64,000 bases of DNA from an uncultured delta proteobacterium (GTDB taxonomy: Bacteria > Desulfobacterota > WTBG01 > CAIYCZ01 > CAIRTM01): positions 160,001 through 224,000 of the forward strand of contig CAWDSQ010000007.1 in the NCBI GenBank assembly GCA_963804955.1. The letters are read 5' to 3'. The notes under the pieces were generated by a model. That model saw only the letters and a list, made by a program, of their open reading frames with translations, was not told the origin of the DNA and searched no databases. The translations under genes and the position numbers were made by a program. Positions 54,866 through 64,000 of this stretch are shown one piece after another. Every line of letters begins with the position of its first letter. The first letter of the stretch is position 1.

Positions 54866-55123
54866 ATGAAATATCTGCCTAAAACAGGGAGGCTTGAGCG
54901 CAACCTGTCGGACGCTCGCATAACATCCATACCAAAAAGCGAAACTGTCCAGACTATCGAACTCACCAGGTTGCCCGACGGCAGCATTTTGGAGGGAGAT
55001 GATTTCATCCTGGCTGAAAAAGACCGCAAAGTGCTTGCTTTAAAAGAAAAGTACGGCTCCATCGATGAAAAGCAGATCACCTGGGTAAAAATAAAAAAGG
55101 ACCAGACAACCCCCGCATTATAG
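54866..55123 (+). CDS. hypothetical protein
   Basis: GGGGGA RBS and an 85-aa ORF with plausible composition. Confidence 0.55.
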   Translation: MKYLPKTGRLERNLSDARITSIPKSETVQTIELTRLPDGSILEGDDFILAEKDRKVLALKEKYGSIDEKQITWVKIKKDQTTPAL

Positions 55124-55349
55124 CCTCAGGTGCATATGGCTCACGCTGCACCGTGCTGTGCAGACCTGCCGCCACGAGCACAACCGGATGATCCAAACGC
55201 GAAGCCGCGACAGGCTCCGCGTTTTTTATTTTTGCACCTCTCGTCAATGTAATGAATTGATAGAGCCGTCCGGGGAATAAACAGCTAGAGCATTTTTCAA
55301 ATACTGTAGCCCACACAAAAAATCATTTTTCGAAAATGAAAATCCTCAT

Positions 55350-55676
55350 CCGTTCGCCCTGAGCCTGTCGAAGGGCTACGTGCCGTTCATGGTTCGACTG
55401 GCTGCACCACGTGACGGCTATGCCCTGTCCCGGATACTACAGCTCCCAAAATAGAGGGAGGAAACATGCCCCTTAGCAAAGGGGGCTAGGGGGATTTGTC
55501 AGGCTGCAAAAATCCTGCCGGGGTTATCGCGGGGGTGATCCAAAGCCGGGGACGAAGCAGGCGGGATATCGACGTTGCTATAAAATAATTACGTAGGGGC
55601 CCTTGTTTTTTCGTAGGGGCTCAAAATTTTTAGCCCCTACAACGGCAGAGATTGCTTCACGTCGTTCGCAATGACA
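55350..55676. repeat. cluster of several distinct palindromic repeat remnants
   Basis: ccgttcgccctgagcctgtcgaaggg..gacgg (55350-55417); cccttagcaaaggggg (~55470, also ~56567); gtaggggc..gcccctac (55593-55640); gagattgcttc..gcaatgaca (55648-55676). Confidence 0.6.
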
Positions 55677-55701
55677 GTTGGTTTGACTTTTTACAGGAAC
55701 A

Positions 55702-56508
55702 TCAAGGTTGAGCGATACGCTGTCCGGAACTCCAGCAAAAAAGCGCTATCGATACCGCAGCGGCAGCATTGAGCGATTCAACCGCGCCGGTCATGGGAAT
55801 TGCCACGGCCTGATGCCGCAGCACATCGGGCAGGCCCTGCCCTTCCATGCCGGGAAGCAGCAGAAAGCGTTCGGGAAAAGCACATTCGCGTATCGACGCG
55901 CCCTGCATATCAAGGGCGACGATATGCCGGGCCATATCCGGCAGCTGCACCACCCCGGCAAGCGACGGTCCGCGGAAAAATGACAGCCTGAACACCGCGC
56001 CGCCCGATGCGCGGATGCTTTTCGGGTGAAACGGACTGGCTGCTTCTTTGAGCAGCACCACCTGCCGCACCCCGAACGCCGCTGCCGAGCGCGCCGCAGC
56101 ACCCACATTGGCCGGGTCCTGAAACGGTAGGGCCAGAACGCAGCCGGGTTCGGTCAGCCGGCAATCCCATTCCGGGATGGATGGCGCAAGCATCTCAAGC
56201 AGGGGTCCGTTCGTCCTGAACATATCAAGCTCGTTGAAGAGCGCCTTCTTGAGTACAAGCAGCTTTCCCTCCCGGCTGAACTGCTGCACAACATCGCCCA
56301 TGCCGCTCTCCTCAAAGCCGTCAAAGACAATCAGCGCGCAGCATTCCTGCGGCCGCTCCAGGGCAAGCTCCCGCACCAGCTTCGTGCCGGACACGAGCGT
56401 GCGCTCCTGCTTCTTCAGGCCGCGGCCATCGGTCAATTTGCACAGGGCCTTGAAGGTCCTGTTGTCGGGCGATGTGATGATAAGGGGGGCGTGGATTTTT
56501 TCGATCAT
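55702..56508 (-). CDS. TrmH/SpoU family RNA methyltransferase
   Basis: ITS..N..FK, QDPANVGA..RSAAAFG, RAS.G, G.EG.GL, IPM...ESLNAA. Confidence 0.9.
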   Translation of the reverse strand: MIEKIHAPLIITSPDNRTFKALCKLTDGRGLKKQERTLVSGTKLVRELALERPQECCALIVFDGFEESGMGDVVQQFSREGKLLVLKKALFNELDMFRTNGPLLEMLAPSIPEWDCRLTEPGCVLALPFQDPANVGAAARSAAAFGVRQVVLLKEAASPFHPKSIRASGGAVFRLSFFRGPSLAGVVQLPDMARHIVALDMQGASIRECAFPERFLLLPGMEGQGLPDVLRHQAVAIPMTGAVESLNAAAAVSIALFCWSSGQRIAQP

Positions 56509-56795
56509 GACTGCTACCGGCTGCTTCGTTCTTAGTACAGAGCCCCACAAAAAAGGGGTGAAAAATTCCCCTTTAGCAAAGGGGGATTAACTAGGCTTAT
56601 TTATCGTATGAAATTATATGCCCTCTTATTTGAGAGGCGCTGTACTTATAATTGCACAGCTAACCTATAAAACAACAGGCCAAATTTTACAATGTGAAAC
56701 ACGTCGCCCCGCACATGCTCACTTGACAGTCTGCCGGACTTAGGCTAAAAGTATAACATATGTACAATCAAATTACATGACAGAGGTCACTACCC

Positions 56796-57412
56796 ATGGA
56801 ACAGCTGACCGCAAAGCAGGCGCGGGTGCTTGATTTCATAAAAGGCCACCTGCAGCATACCGGCTATCCGCCCACGGTTCGTGAAATAGCCGACAGGCTC
56901 GGCCTTGCAGGCCCCAACAGCGCAAAAAAATTTCTCGATATCCTCGAACGCAAGGGATGCATCCGGCGGCAGCCGGGCTGCTCGCGTGCCATTGAAATTA
57001 TGGGATCCTGCGGGCCGCAGCCATTCGCAGCCTGCCCGTAGTGGGCGCCATACGGGCAGGCGAACCGGTGCTGGCCTTTGAAAACATCGAGGAGCATGTG
57101 GCAGTGGACCCGTCTTTTGCCCGTGGCGAAGGGCTCTTCTTCCTTCGCGTGAAGGGCGACAGCATGATCGATGCTCATGTCATGGACGGCGACCTTGCCC
57201 TCATCCGGCCCCAGCCGGAAGTCGCCTCCGGCGACATTGCCGCCGTGCTGCTCGGCGATGAGGCGACGCTGAAATATTTTTTTAAAGAAAAAACAGCTAT
57301 ACGCCTGCAGCCTGCCAACCCTGCCTATGAGCCGATTGTGATTAAGCAGAAAGATGGCGCGCAGGTGCGCATCATCGGCAAGGTTGTTGGCGTCATGAGG
57401 AAAATGGAGTAG
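56796..57412 (+). CDS. lexA: SOS repressor LexA (one frameshift ~57030)
   Basis: LTAKQ..LDFI..GYPPTVREI, LERKG.I, cleavage site RAGEP, VKGDSM, EATLK. Confidence 0.92.
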
Positions 57413-57643
57413 CATGGATTTTAGATTGAGGATATTGGATTTCAGACTCTGGGCTTGGTCTGGGCTTGGGGTCGAATCTTTAACGTGACATTTCTTCGAA
57501 AAGATAAGGTAACAGGCTTAGTTCTGCTGCCTCACAAATCGAGCTTACCGGTTGAGGTATAGTTGTTCAAATATTCAGAAAAAACAGAATTAACGGGCAA
57601 AAAAAAATGAAGCGAATTCTACAGATCAGACTTTTTAAAAATA

Positions 57644-57672
57644 TTGACATCTTTGCAAAGGAATACTATATA
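57644..57672 (+). promoter_or_regulatory. strong sigma70-type promoter for the Abi locus
   Basis: TTGACA-N17-TATATA. Confidence 0.7.
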
Positions 57673-57678
57673 GAAGTC

Positions 57679-57732
57679 AGCACACCCGCCGCGCCTCTGC
57701 CTAGCATGCGAAATTCGGTGGGTTTTTCTTTT
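57679..57732 (+). ncRNA. candidate structured RNA / antitoxin leader upstream of AbiF-like gene
   Basis: Outer stem acccgccg/cggtgggt enclosing cgc..tgc-cta-gca..gcg, followed by a U-tract, between the promoter and the RBS. Confidence 0.5.
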
Positions 57733-57745
57733 TCTGGGGGGCTTT

Positions 57746-58645
57746 ATGGAATATTGTAAGCCCCCGCTTTCCTTTGAGGCACAGGCAGAGCTTCTCCTCT
57801 CACGGGGCCTTCAGGCAGATAAAAACGCTTTAATTGCTCGCTTGCAAGCGGTTAATTATTACCGGCTTAGCGCCTATCTTTATCCCTTTCGTAAGAACTC
57901 AAGCGATACATTCCAAAAAAATACTACTCTTGATCTTGTCTGGAAACACTACACCTTCGACCGTCAATTACGAATCCTCGCAATGGATGCCATTGAGCGT
58001 ATCGAAGTTGCGGTGAGGACTCAGCTTGTCTACCATTTTGCGCATCGACATGGCGCGTTTGATTATTTAAAGCCAACCAACTTCCCGAAGCTAAGCCAAG
58101 ACCGATTTAACCGCTGGCTTGTCGACATGAAAGATGAAATCAAGCGCAGCCGGGAGACATTTGCAGAGCACTTTAGTCAAAAATATGGCGATCATCATGA
58201 ACTACCGCCTCTTTGGATGCTTTGTGAAGTCATGAGCTTCGGGAAAATGCTGACCCTTTTTAACGGCGTTGACGATGCCATGAGACGCTTGATTGCCCGC
58301 GAATATGGGCTTGAGGATAAGGTGCTTCAATCCTGGCTTGGTTCGCTCAACGTCATTAGAAACATCTGCGCTCATCATGGACGTCTCTGGAATCGCGAAC
58401 TCGGATTTAAGCCTTTCATACCGCGCAGGCAGAAATATCCGCAGTGGCATGCTCCTGTAGAAATTGCCAATCACCGCATCTTTGCCATAATGACTATCCT
58501 TAAGTTTATGCTTAGGAAAGTTGCACCTACAAGCAAATGGGAGTGCCGGTTTAGCGACCTTCTCAGCCGTTATCCTGAAATACCGCTTGCGTCGATGGGG
58601 TTCCCGGGAAACTGGGAAAGTTGCGCAATTTGGAGCAACCAATAA
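57746..58645 (+). CDS. Abi_2 (AbiD/AbiF-like) HEPN-family protein
   Basis: KPPLSFE.Q..LL.RGL, NYYRLSAY, Y.FDR.LR..IERIE, PPLW...EVMSFG, HEPN motif RNICAH. Confidence 0.9.
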   Translation: MEYCKPPLSFEAQAELLLSRGLQADKNALIARLQAVNYYRLSAYLYPFRKNSSDTFQKNTTLDLVWKHYTFDRQLRILAMDAIERIEVAVRTQLVYHFAHRHGAFDYLKPTNFPKLSQDRFNRWLVDMKDEIKRSRETFAEHFSQKYGDHHELPPLWMLCEVMSFGKMLTLFNGVDDAMRRLIAREYGLEDKVLQSWLGSLNVIRNICAHHGRLWNRELGFKPFIPRRQKYPQWHAPVEIANHRIFAIMTILKFMLRKVAPTSKWECRFSDLLSRYPEIPLASMGFPGNWESCAIWSNQ

Positions 58646-58698
58646 AATCAACAACGCGAAAAAAATACGCAAACAAGTTCCATCAGACAATTTAAACT

Positions 58699-59929
58699 AT
58701 GCCGAGCACTATCATCCATCTTGACATGAACGCCTTCTTCGCCTCGGTGGAGCAGCAGTGCTAACCCCGCCCTGCGGGGCAAGCCTATTGCTGTCGTCGG
58801 CCGGGGCAGCCGCACCGTTGTCACCACGGCCTCCTATGAGGCCCGGGCTTTCGGCGTCAAGACGGGCATGAACAAATTTGAGGCGCAGCGGCAGTGCCCG
58901 CACATCATTTTCGTGGAAGGCAATAACCGGCGCTATGCCGAAACATGCGCCGGGTTCACGGCCATGTGCCGCAGGTTTACCCCGCTGGTGGAGGTTTTTT
59001 CCATTGATGAAGTATTCATGGATGTGACCGGCTCCTTAAAGATTTTCTCCTCGGCCCGGGATATTATCGCACGTATTAAGCAGCAGATAAAAAGCCGGTA
59101 CGGCCTTACCTGCTCGGCAGGCATCGCCCCCAATAAGCTGCTTGCCAAACTTGCCAGCGACCGGGAAAAGCCCGACGGACTGGTGGACATACCGCCTGAC
59201 ACCGTGCTGCCCTTTCTTGAAGGCCTGCCGGTCCAGGACCTGTGCGGCATCGGGAGCAAAACGCAGGCAAAGCTGGCGCTTCTCGGCATAACAACCTGCG
59301 GCCAGCTCGGCAGGGCTGACGCGAATCTGCTCTCCCGCCATTTCGGTGTGATGGGAGACATGCTGCGCCACATGGGAAGGGGAGAAGACGACAGCCCGGT
59401 GGTGCCTTTGGAAGAGACGCCCGACCCCAAGTCAATCGGCCACAGCCATACTCTTCCGAGCGATATAACCCGGCGCGAGCTGCTTGATTTCCATCTGCTG
59501 CGGCTCTCTGAAATGGTTGGCCGCCGGGCGCGCGATGGCGGCTTTGCCGGCCGCACCGTATGCCTTACTATCCGCTATAAGGATTTCACCACCTTCACCC
59601 GCAGAGTTTCTGTTTCGCATCCTATGTGCGAAACCCCGGATATATTTGCCGCGGCAAAAGGCATTCTTGACGGCATCAAGCTTCAGCAGGCCGTGCGGCT
59701 GGTGGGCGTAGCGCTTTCACAGCTGGGAGAGATGCCGCGCCAGCTGCCCCTTTTTGCAAAGCAAACCAAAAGCCGCAAGCTTACCCGTGCGATGGATGAA
59801 ATCAATAACCGCTTTGGTGATTTTACGCTGACCTGGGGCAGCATGCTTGAGCATGATGATTCTGAAGGCCACGGGGGCGTGATATCGCCTGCCTGGCGGC
59901 CTGAAGGCGTGCGAAAAATCACGTTTTGA
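58699..59929 (+). CDS. dinB: DNA polymerase IV (frameshift near start)
   Basis: IIHLDMNAFFASVEQ, ASYEAR.FGV, SIDE, GIAPNKLLAKLASD..KPDG, KSIG. Confidence 0.93.
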
Positions 59930-60079
59930 CCGCACTAAAAAAATTCACTGAAGAGTCAGGAAGCGTGCAGAGGAAAAATGTATTTTTTTCTCAAGAAACT
60001 GTTGCCAAGTGCCGACTATAGGATTAATAAATAATGCACGGAAGTCGTTAACCATTTTCTCTAGAAAGGAAGGTATGTC

Positions 60080-60184
60080 ATGTCAAAAGGAATGGATGCC
60101 AAAAAAACAGACAAAAAGAAGTCGGAAAAAAGCCTGAAAGAAAAACGAGCCGAAAAGAAACAGAAAAAGGCCAACAAGGCCTGA
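60080..60184 (+). CDS. 34-aa Lys-rich small protein (below ORF-track cutoff)
   Basis: AAGGAAGG RBS; MSKGMDAKKTDKKKSEKSLKEKRAEKKQKKANKA; followed by a terminator. Confidence 0.75.
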   Translation: MSKGMDAKKTDKKKSEKSLKEKRAEKKQKKANKA

Positions 60185-60194
60185 AAAAATACGA

Positions 60195-60235
60195 AACAGG
60201 GAGGAGACGCACAGGCGCTCCTCCCTGTTTTTTTT
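60195..60235 (+). terminator. intrinsic terminator
   Basis: acagggaggag-loop-ctcctccctgt followed by a T-run. Confidence 0.85.
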
Positions 60236-60270
60236 CACCCGCGCGCCCTGTTGCGGAGGGAGAACCAACA

Positions 60271-60708
60271 ATGGACACCGCACAGCTCAGTCAGGTTGAG
60301 TACGTCGGCTTCTGGCCCCGTGTGCTTGCCTCGATCATCGACAGCGTTCTGCTTATGCTGGTGCTGGCGCCGGTTGCCGGCATGCTGACGGGCGGCGGCA
60401 CCGGCAGTGTGCTCATCAATGTCATCCTGCCCGCCGTGGCAGTCATTGTTTTCTGGATATACAAATCGGCAACACCGGGCAAAATGATCATCAAGGCTGA
60501 AATTGTCGACGCAAAGACCTTCGGCAAGCCCACCACCGGCCAGTTTATCGGCCGGTATCTGGGGTATTATGTTTCAACCATTCCGCTTTTGCTGGGGCTT
60601 ATCTGGGTGGCCTTCGATGAGCGGAAGCAGGGCTGGCATGACAAGCTTGCCGGCACCGTCGTGATCAGCACGAAAGACCGGGGGCAGCAGCAGGCTCCAC
60701 AGGCATAA
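60271..60708 (+). CDS. RDD family membrane protein
   Basis: YVGFWPRVLASIID, ATPGKM, KQGWHDKLAGTVV. Confidence 0.92.
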   Translation: MDTAQLSQVEYVGFWPRVLASIIDSVLLMLVLAPVAGMLTGGGTGSVLINVILPAVAVIVFWIYKSATPGKMIIKAEIVDAKTFGKPTTGQFIGRYLGYYVSTIPLLLGLIWVAFDERKQGWHDKLAGTVVISTKDRGQQQAPQA

Positions 60709-60865
60709 AAAAACGACGGGGCATGACCTTGTCGTTTCATCTCAACATGTGTAATGGGTGAACCCCATCATTGATGCAAATGGATATATTGCGGGTTTTA
60801 CCAACAATATTTGTGAACTAAAATTTCCTTCTCCCCTTGAGAGGCTGTGTTGCAATCACCTTTGC

Positions 60866-61182
60866 TGTCATCTCGACCCCTTCGGCTTTGCTCAGGGCAG
60901 GCTCCGGGAGAGATCTTTGTAGCAGGTAAAATCAAGGGCTTAAGATTGATGCGCGGTGGCGCAACCTGCGGACTCACCGCCTGCGGCGGATTCGAAATGA
61001 CATTAATAAATCAATCTGGTTATCTCCAAAGCTGAACTTACCCTTATTCTGGACACCAACTTACGAACACTGTGTCGTAATTGCCCTTGATGTCATTTCG
61101 AATCCCGCTGAAAGCGGGATGAGAAATCCTAACGCCCTAATTTCACATCAGTCTAAGATTTCTCCCTGCGGTCGAAATGGCA
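60866..61182. repeat. two related TGTCAT..ATGACA-bounded palindromic elements in inverted orientation
   Basis: 60866-61002 tgtcatctcgac..ttcgaaatgaca and 61091-61182 tgtcatttcgaat..gtcgaaatggca. Confidence 0.65.
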
Positions 61183-61438
61183 GTTTTCGCTGACAGAGGG
61201 GTTTTCGTTCAGATACTATATAAGATGATATATTCTTTATAGAGCATGGAAGTTTTGGCCTTCCGGATAAAATCGTTCATTGCCCTCAGGCAGCAAAGAT
61301 TTTTCACTTGCAAAGATGCTTTGATAGTTGTTTAATGCAAAAATGGGATGAGGGGCCTTGCGGATGAATCCTGCTGGGAAGGATACCCCCGCACGCCGCA
61401 TACTGCAATTTTCAAAAAATCCTCGCATGTGAGGGATA

Positions 61439-61708
61439 GTGAAAAAAATTGACCTATTGGGAAGACTGGAAAATTTCTTCTTATATAGTTTTTATCCCCT
61501 ATTGTTTCTTGCCCTTTCCGGTATATTGATAATAGTTGATTCCCTTTTCTTTCAGGACTTTCCTGTACTGCTGCGAGCTGTATTGTTCTGTGCCGGTGTA
61601 TTTTCCGGCGCGGCTCTCGGGTATAGTGCAGCAACAGTGATATTTGACCTTTTTTTCCCCCGGTACTGCAGGGTTATGGAAGAAATCGTCAATGAAAAAC
61701 AAGAATAG
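61439..61708 (+). CDS. small two-TM membrane protein
   Basis: GAGGGA RBS and two hydrophobic helices. Confidence 0.55.
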   Translation: MKKIDLLGRLENFFLYSFYPLLFLALSGILIIVDSLFFQDFPVLLRAVLFCAGVFSGAALGYSAATVIFDLFFPRYCRVMEEIVNEKQE

Positions 61709-62086
61709 GCCGACAGGCCGCTTGACCCTCTTGTTCCCGCCCCCTTTTTTTTCGGCCTTTGATTCCTGAACAGTGCCCTTGAGTGCATTCTTAAAAATAG
61801 CATAGCCACAGGCGCACCTGTGCAGAGGGCTGCAAAAAAGTTCTCTCGTGGGTCGTCACCTTCAATAGTAGCAGTTGCTGGTACCCTCACTCCACCCGCA
61901 GGAAGGGCACTGTTGGGCCTAAAAGATAGCCTTTGGGGCTATTGATTAAACCGATATTTCTATATATCCTATACGTCTCAGGAAGGTATTTTGAAAAAAA
62001 CAGGTCCGATTAATAGAGCCAATCAATTTCTCAAACGGTTCGTGCAGATACTATATGCGGATTATCAGGAGAGAAGAAGGCCGAAT

Positions 62087-62401
62087 ATGGCGCCACTCGT
62101 TGCAGCTAAACAAACTGTAAAAGAAATCGCAATAGCCATTTTGACAGCCATTGCCGCTTGTATCAACAGGTGTTGCAGGGGGAAGCAGCAGTCCCTGGAC
62201 AGAGCAAAGATGGGACAGGTCGTTTTTGACCTGGAGGACCGTTTGCGCAAGGTGGCAATCGAGCTTATGCGCGTCAATGGTGTATCGCCATCGAGGATTG
62301 AAGAACTGAAGGCAGAGAAGAATAAGCTGCTTGCGGAGATTGATGCCGTGACCCGTGCCGCCGGGCTGAGAAGCCGCATCTTGTCTTCCGGTTTTGAATG
62401 A
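62087..62401 (+). CDS. hypothetical coiled-coil protein
   Basis: Purine-rich RBS; hydrophobic N-terminus then helical heptads. Confidence 0.5.
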   Translation: MAPLVAAKQTVKEIAIAILTAIAACINRCCRGKQQSLDRAKMGQVVFDLEDRLRKVAIELMRVNGVSPSRIEELKAEKNKLLAEIDAVTRAAGLRSRILSSGFE

Positions 62402-62628
62402 TTGTTGCGCCCTCGTCCGTTCAGCGTTTATGTCCGTCTCAGTGATGCCAAGGGCGATGGGAGTTGAAATGCCTTTACACCCCCCCCTGTAATTTTTTAG
62501 CTACATTATCTAAGAATTGGTCCGATACGTTACTTATAAGAAAAGAGAAGCAATCATAAGCGATAGCCGTGGATCACAAACAATGAGGGGTAAGCCATGG
62601 ACAAGACACTCCAGACTGATAAAAAACC

Positions 62629-63039
62629 GTGCCGGAAGCCGGAGCTGATGGCATATTGTTTTCAGGGGGATACAGAGTGACTGCTACCACACCGGGCACC
62701 AGTGAACGTTTCAATGTCCACCTCAAAGCCACATATGGCATCATGGGGCTGGACATGCAGCCTCAGGATTGCCGGATCGCCAATCTGAGTGCAAGCGGTG
62801 CGAAAGTTCTCTTCCCGCACACTGAAAGCTTTAAGAACGGAGCTGTTATTGCAGTGGATATACCCATACCGAACACGAGCATGCGCATTGCTGCTGAGGC
62901 GGAAATCATATGGACCAGGCAGCGCTTCAATGAGTTAATAAGCGGCATCAGGTTTTCCGGTGCGCTCAGTGATGCCATGCTCCGGCAGGTCGTTAACAAT
63001 ATTCAGCAGTTGAGCGATTATACCGAGGTGATCTGGTAA
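62629..63039 (+). CDS. PilZ domain protein (N-terminus uncertain)
   Basis: SERF, IANLSASGA (D/NxSxxG), AEIIW, GIRF. Confidence 0.75.
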   Translation: MPEAGADGILFSGGYRVTATTPGTSERFNVHLKATYGIMGLDMQPQDCRIANLSASGAKVLFPHTESFKNGAVIAVDIPIPNTSMRIAAEAEIIWTRQRFNELISGIRFSGALSDAMLRQVVNNIQQLSDYTEVIW

Positions 63040-63104
63040 ACAGGCTGCCCTGGCGTCAACCTCCAAAAACCGAGACATTGCAAAGCACGTGGTTGTGGCA
63101 CATG

Positions 63105-63137
63105 AAAAGCGGGGCTGTAAAAGGCCCTGCTTTTTTT
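63105..63137 (+). terminator. intrinsic terminator
   Basis: aaaagcggggc-loop-gccctgc followed by a T-run. Confidence 0.7.
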
Positions 63138-63578
63138 ATGCATGCCGGTCAGTTGTCCTCCTTTTTACTCCTTTGTAATCTTAGGGTGAAAAAAAGTGAC
63201 GGATTTATTGCTTTCAGAAGGGCCGTCGCTTATGGCGATGATTCCTGAAGATAGCAAGCCAAACGCAGCGTGTTTTGAATTACTCCCTTTCTGGGCGAAA
63301 TCAAGTCACCCTCTATGCTGGCGTCTGCTGACTTTTTTGCAGCAACATGCCGCCGTGGCACACAAGCACCCCACTCCGCGTCTTCACCGAAGGTAAAAAA
63401 ACTCTAGAACCGCACCATCCCTCCGCCCCCATCATCATTTTTTACTATTGATTTTAGCTATTGAATAACCTAAATAATATACTATTAGCCTCTTAAATTT
63501 TAGATTTTTCGTTTTTCTATTCCTTGTTCTTCTAAAAATTTCTATTCATAAAAATTTTATCTGTGAAGGGAGGATGTC

Positions 63579-64000
63579 ATGAATCGTATTTTTCGCGCTT
63601 TTTCGTTAGCCTTGTCACTGGCACTCCTGGGAAGTTTCGCAATACTATCTTCAGCGCCTCAACAAGCCGCTGCAGCCGGCACCCTTACTGTTGGCATTTA
63701 TGGCGCAACTGAAGCAAGCTATTTAACAGATATCCAGAGCAAACTGAACAGCACCGGGTTTTTTAGCCAGGTGGATATTCACGAGATAGGCGCATACACT
63801 CCGACCTTGGCAGAACTACAAGGTTATCAGGCTGTGCTTGTGTTCTGTGATGACGATTTCCATAACAACACTACAATGGGCGATGTTCTGGCAGATTATG
63901 CAGATGCTGGCGGCGGCGTTGTGGTGGCCACCTTTGCTTTCACATCCGGTTGGGGTGTTGGCGGGCGGATCTTAAGCGGCGGCTATCTGCCTTTTACGTT
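63579..64000 (+). CDS. secreted/surface protein, partial (class I glutamine amidotransferase-like fold segment)
   Basis: GGGAGG RBS; signal peptide MNRIFRAFSLALSLALLG; TPTLAELQGYQAVLVF..GDVLADYADAGGGVVV; open to window end. Confidence 0.7.
   Translation, partial: MNRIFRAFSLALSLALLGSFAILSSAPQQAAAAGTLTVGIYGATEASYLTDIQSKLNSTGFFSQVDIHEIGAYTPTLAELQGYQAVLVFCDDDFHNNTTMGDVLADYADAGGGVVVATFAFTSGWGVGGRILSGGYLPFT

Noticed and set aside
56796..57412. Programmed frameshift or split LexA
   Set aside because: A single indel like those in many other genes; sequencing error is the simpler explanation.

Overview
A 64-kb, mostly core-genome window from an anaerobic bacterium, most likely Desulfobacterota/deltaproteobacterial. 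This is inferred from the selenocysteine formate dehydrogenase with Hnd/Hyl-like partners, an MvhD fragment, multiheme cytochromes and a lexA-dinB cassette. About 25 otherwise intact genes are split by 1-bp indels, which fits uncorrected long-read error better than mass pseudogenisation, so several CDS calls below stitch ORF-track fragments and some ends are approximate. Housekeeping genes: rlmN, dksA-like, a divergent RpoD-family sigma factor, dapB, dtd, ispB-like, comF, rsfS, nadD, a liv ABC operon, rne/rng, a phosphohexomutase and trmH. Metabolic loci: Sec-FdhA with NuoE/ferredoxin/NuoF-like subunits, a cytoplasmic DmsAB-like pair, GT4 plus GH130, and an acyl-CoA synthetase. Intergenic spaces hold many REP/MITE-like repeats. 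Best candidates for something new: (1) an Abi_2/AbiF-like HEPN RNase with its own promoter and a short structured RNA leader (candidate RNA antitoxin), inserted between lexA and dinB; (2) a frameshift-hidden ferredoxin-dependent bilin reductase-like gene in a non-phototroph; (3) two small CxxCG-x8-CxP repeat proteins, one with a histone H1-like tail; (4) orphan genes bracketed by inward-facing REP ends; (5) several candidate sRNAs and structured leaders. No rRNA, tRNA, CRISPR array or intact transposase was seen. All family assignments come from motif reading, not database searches.
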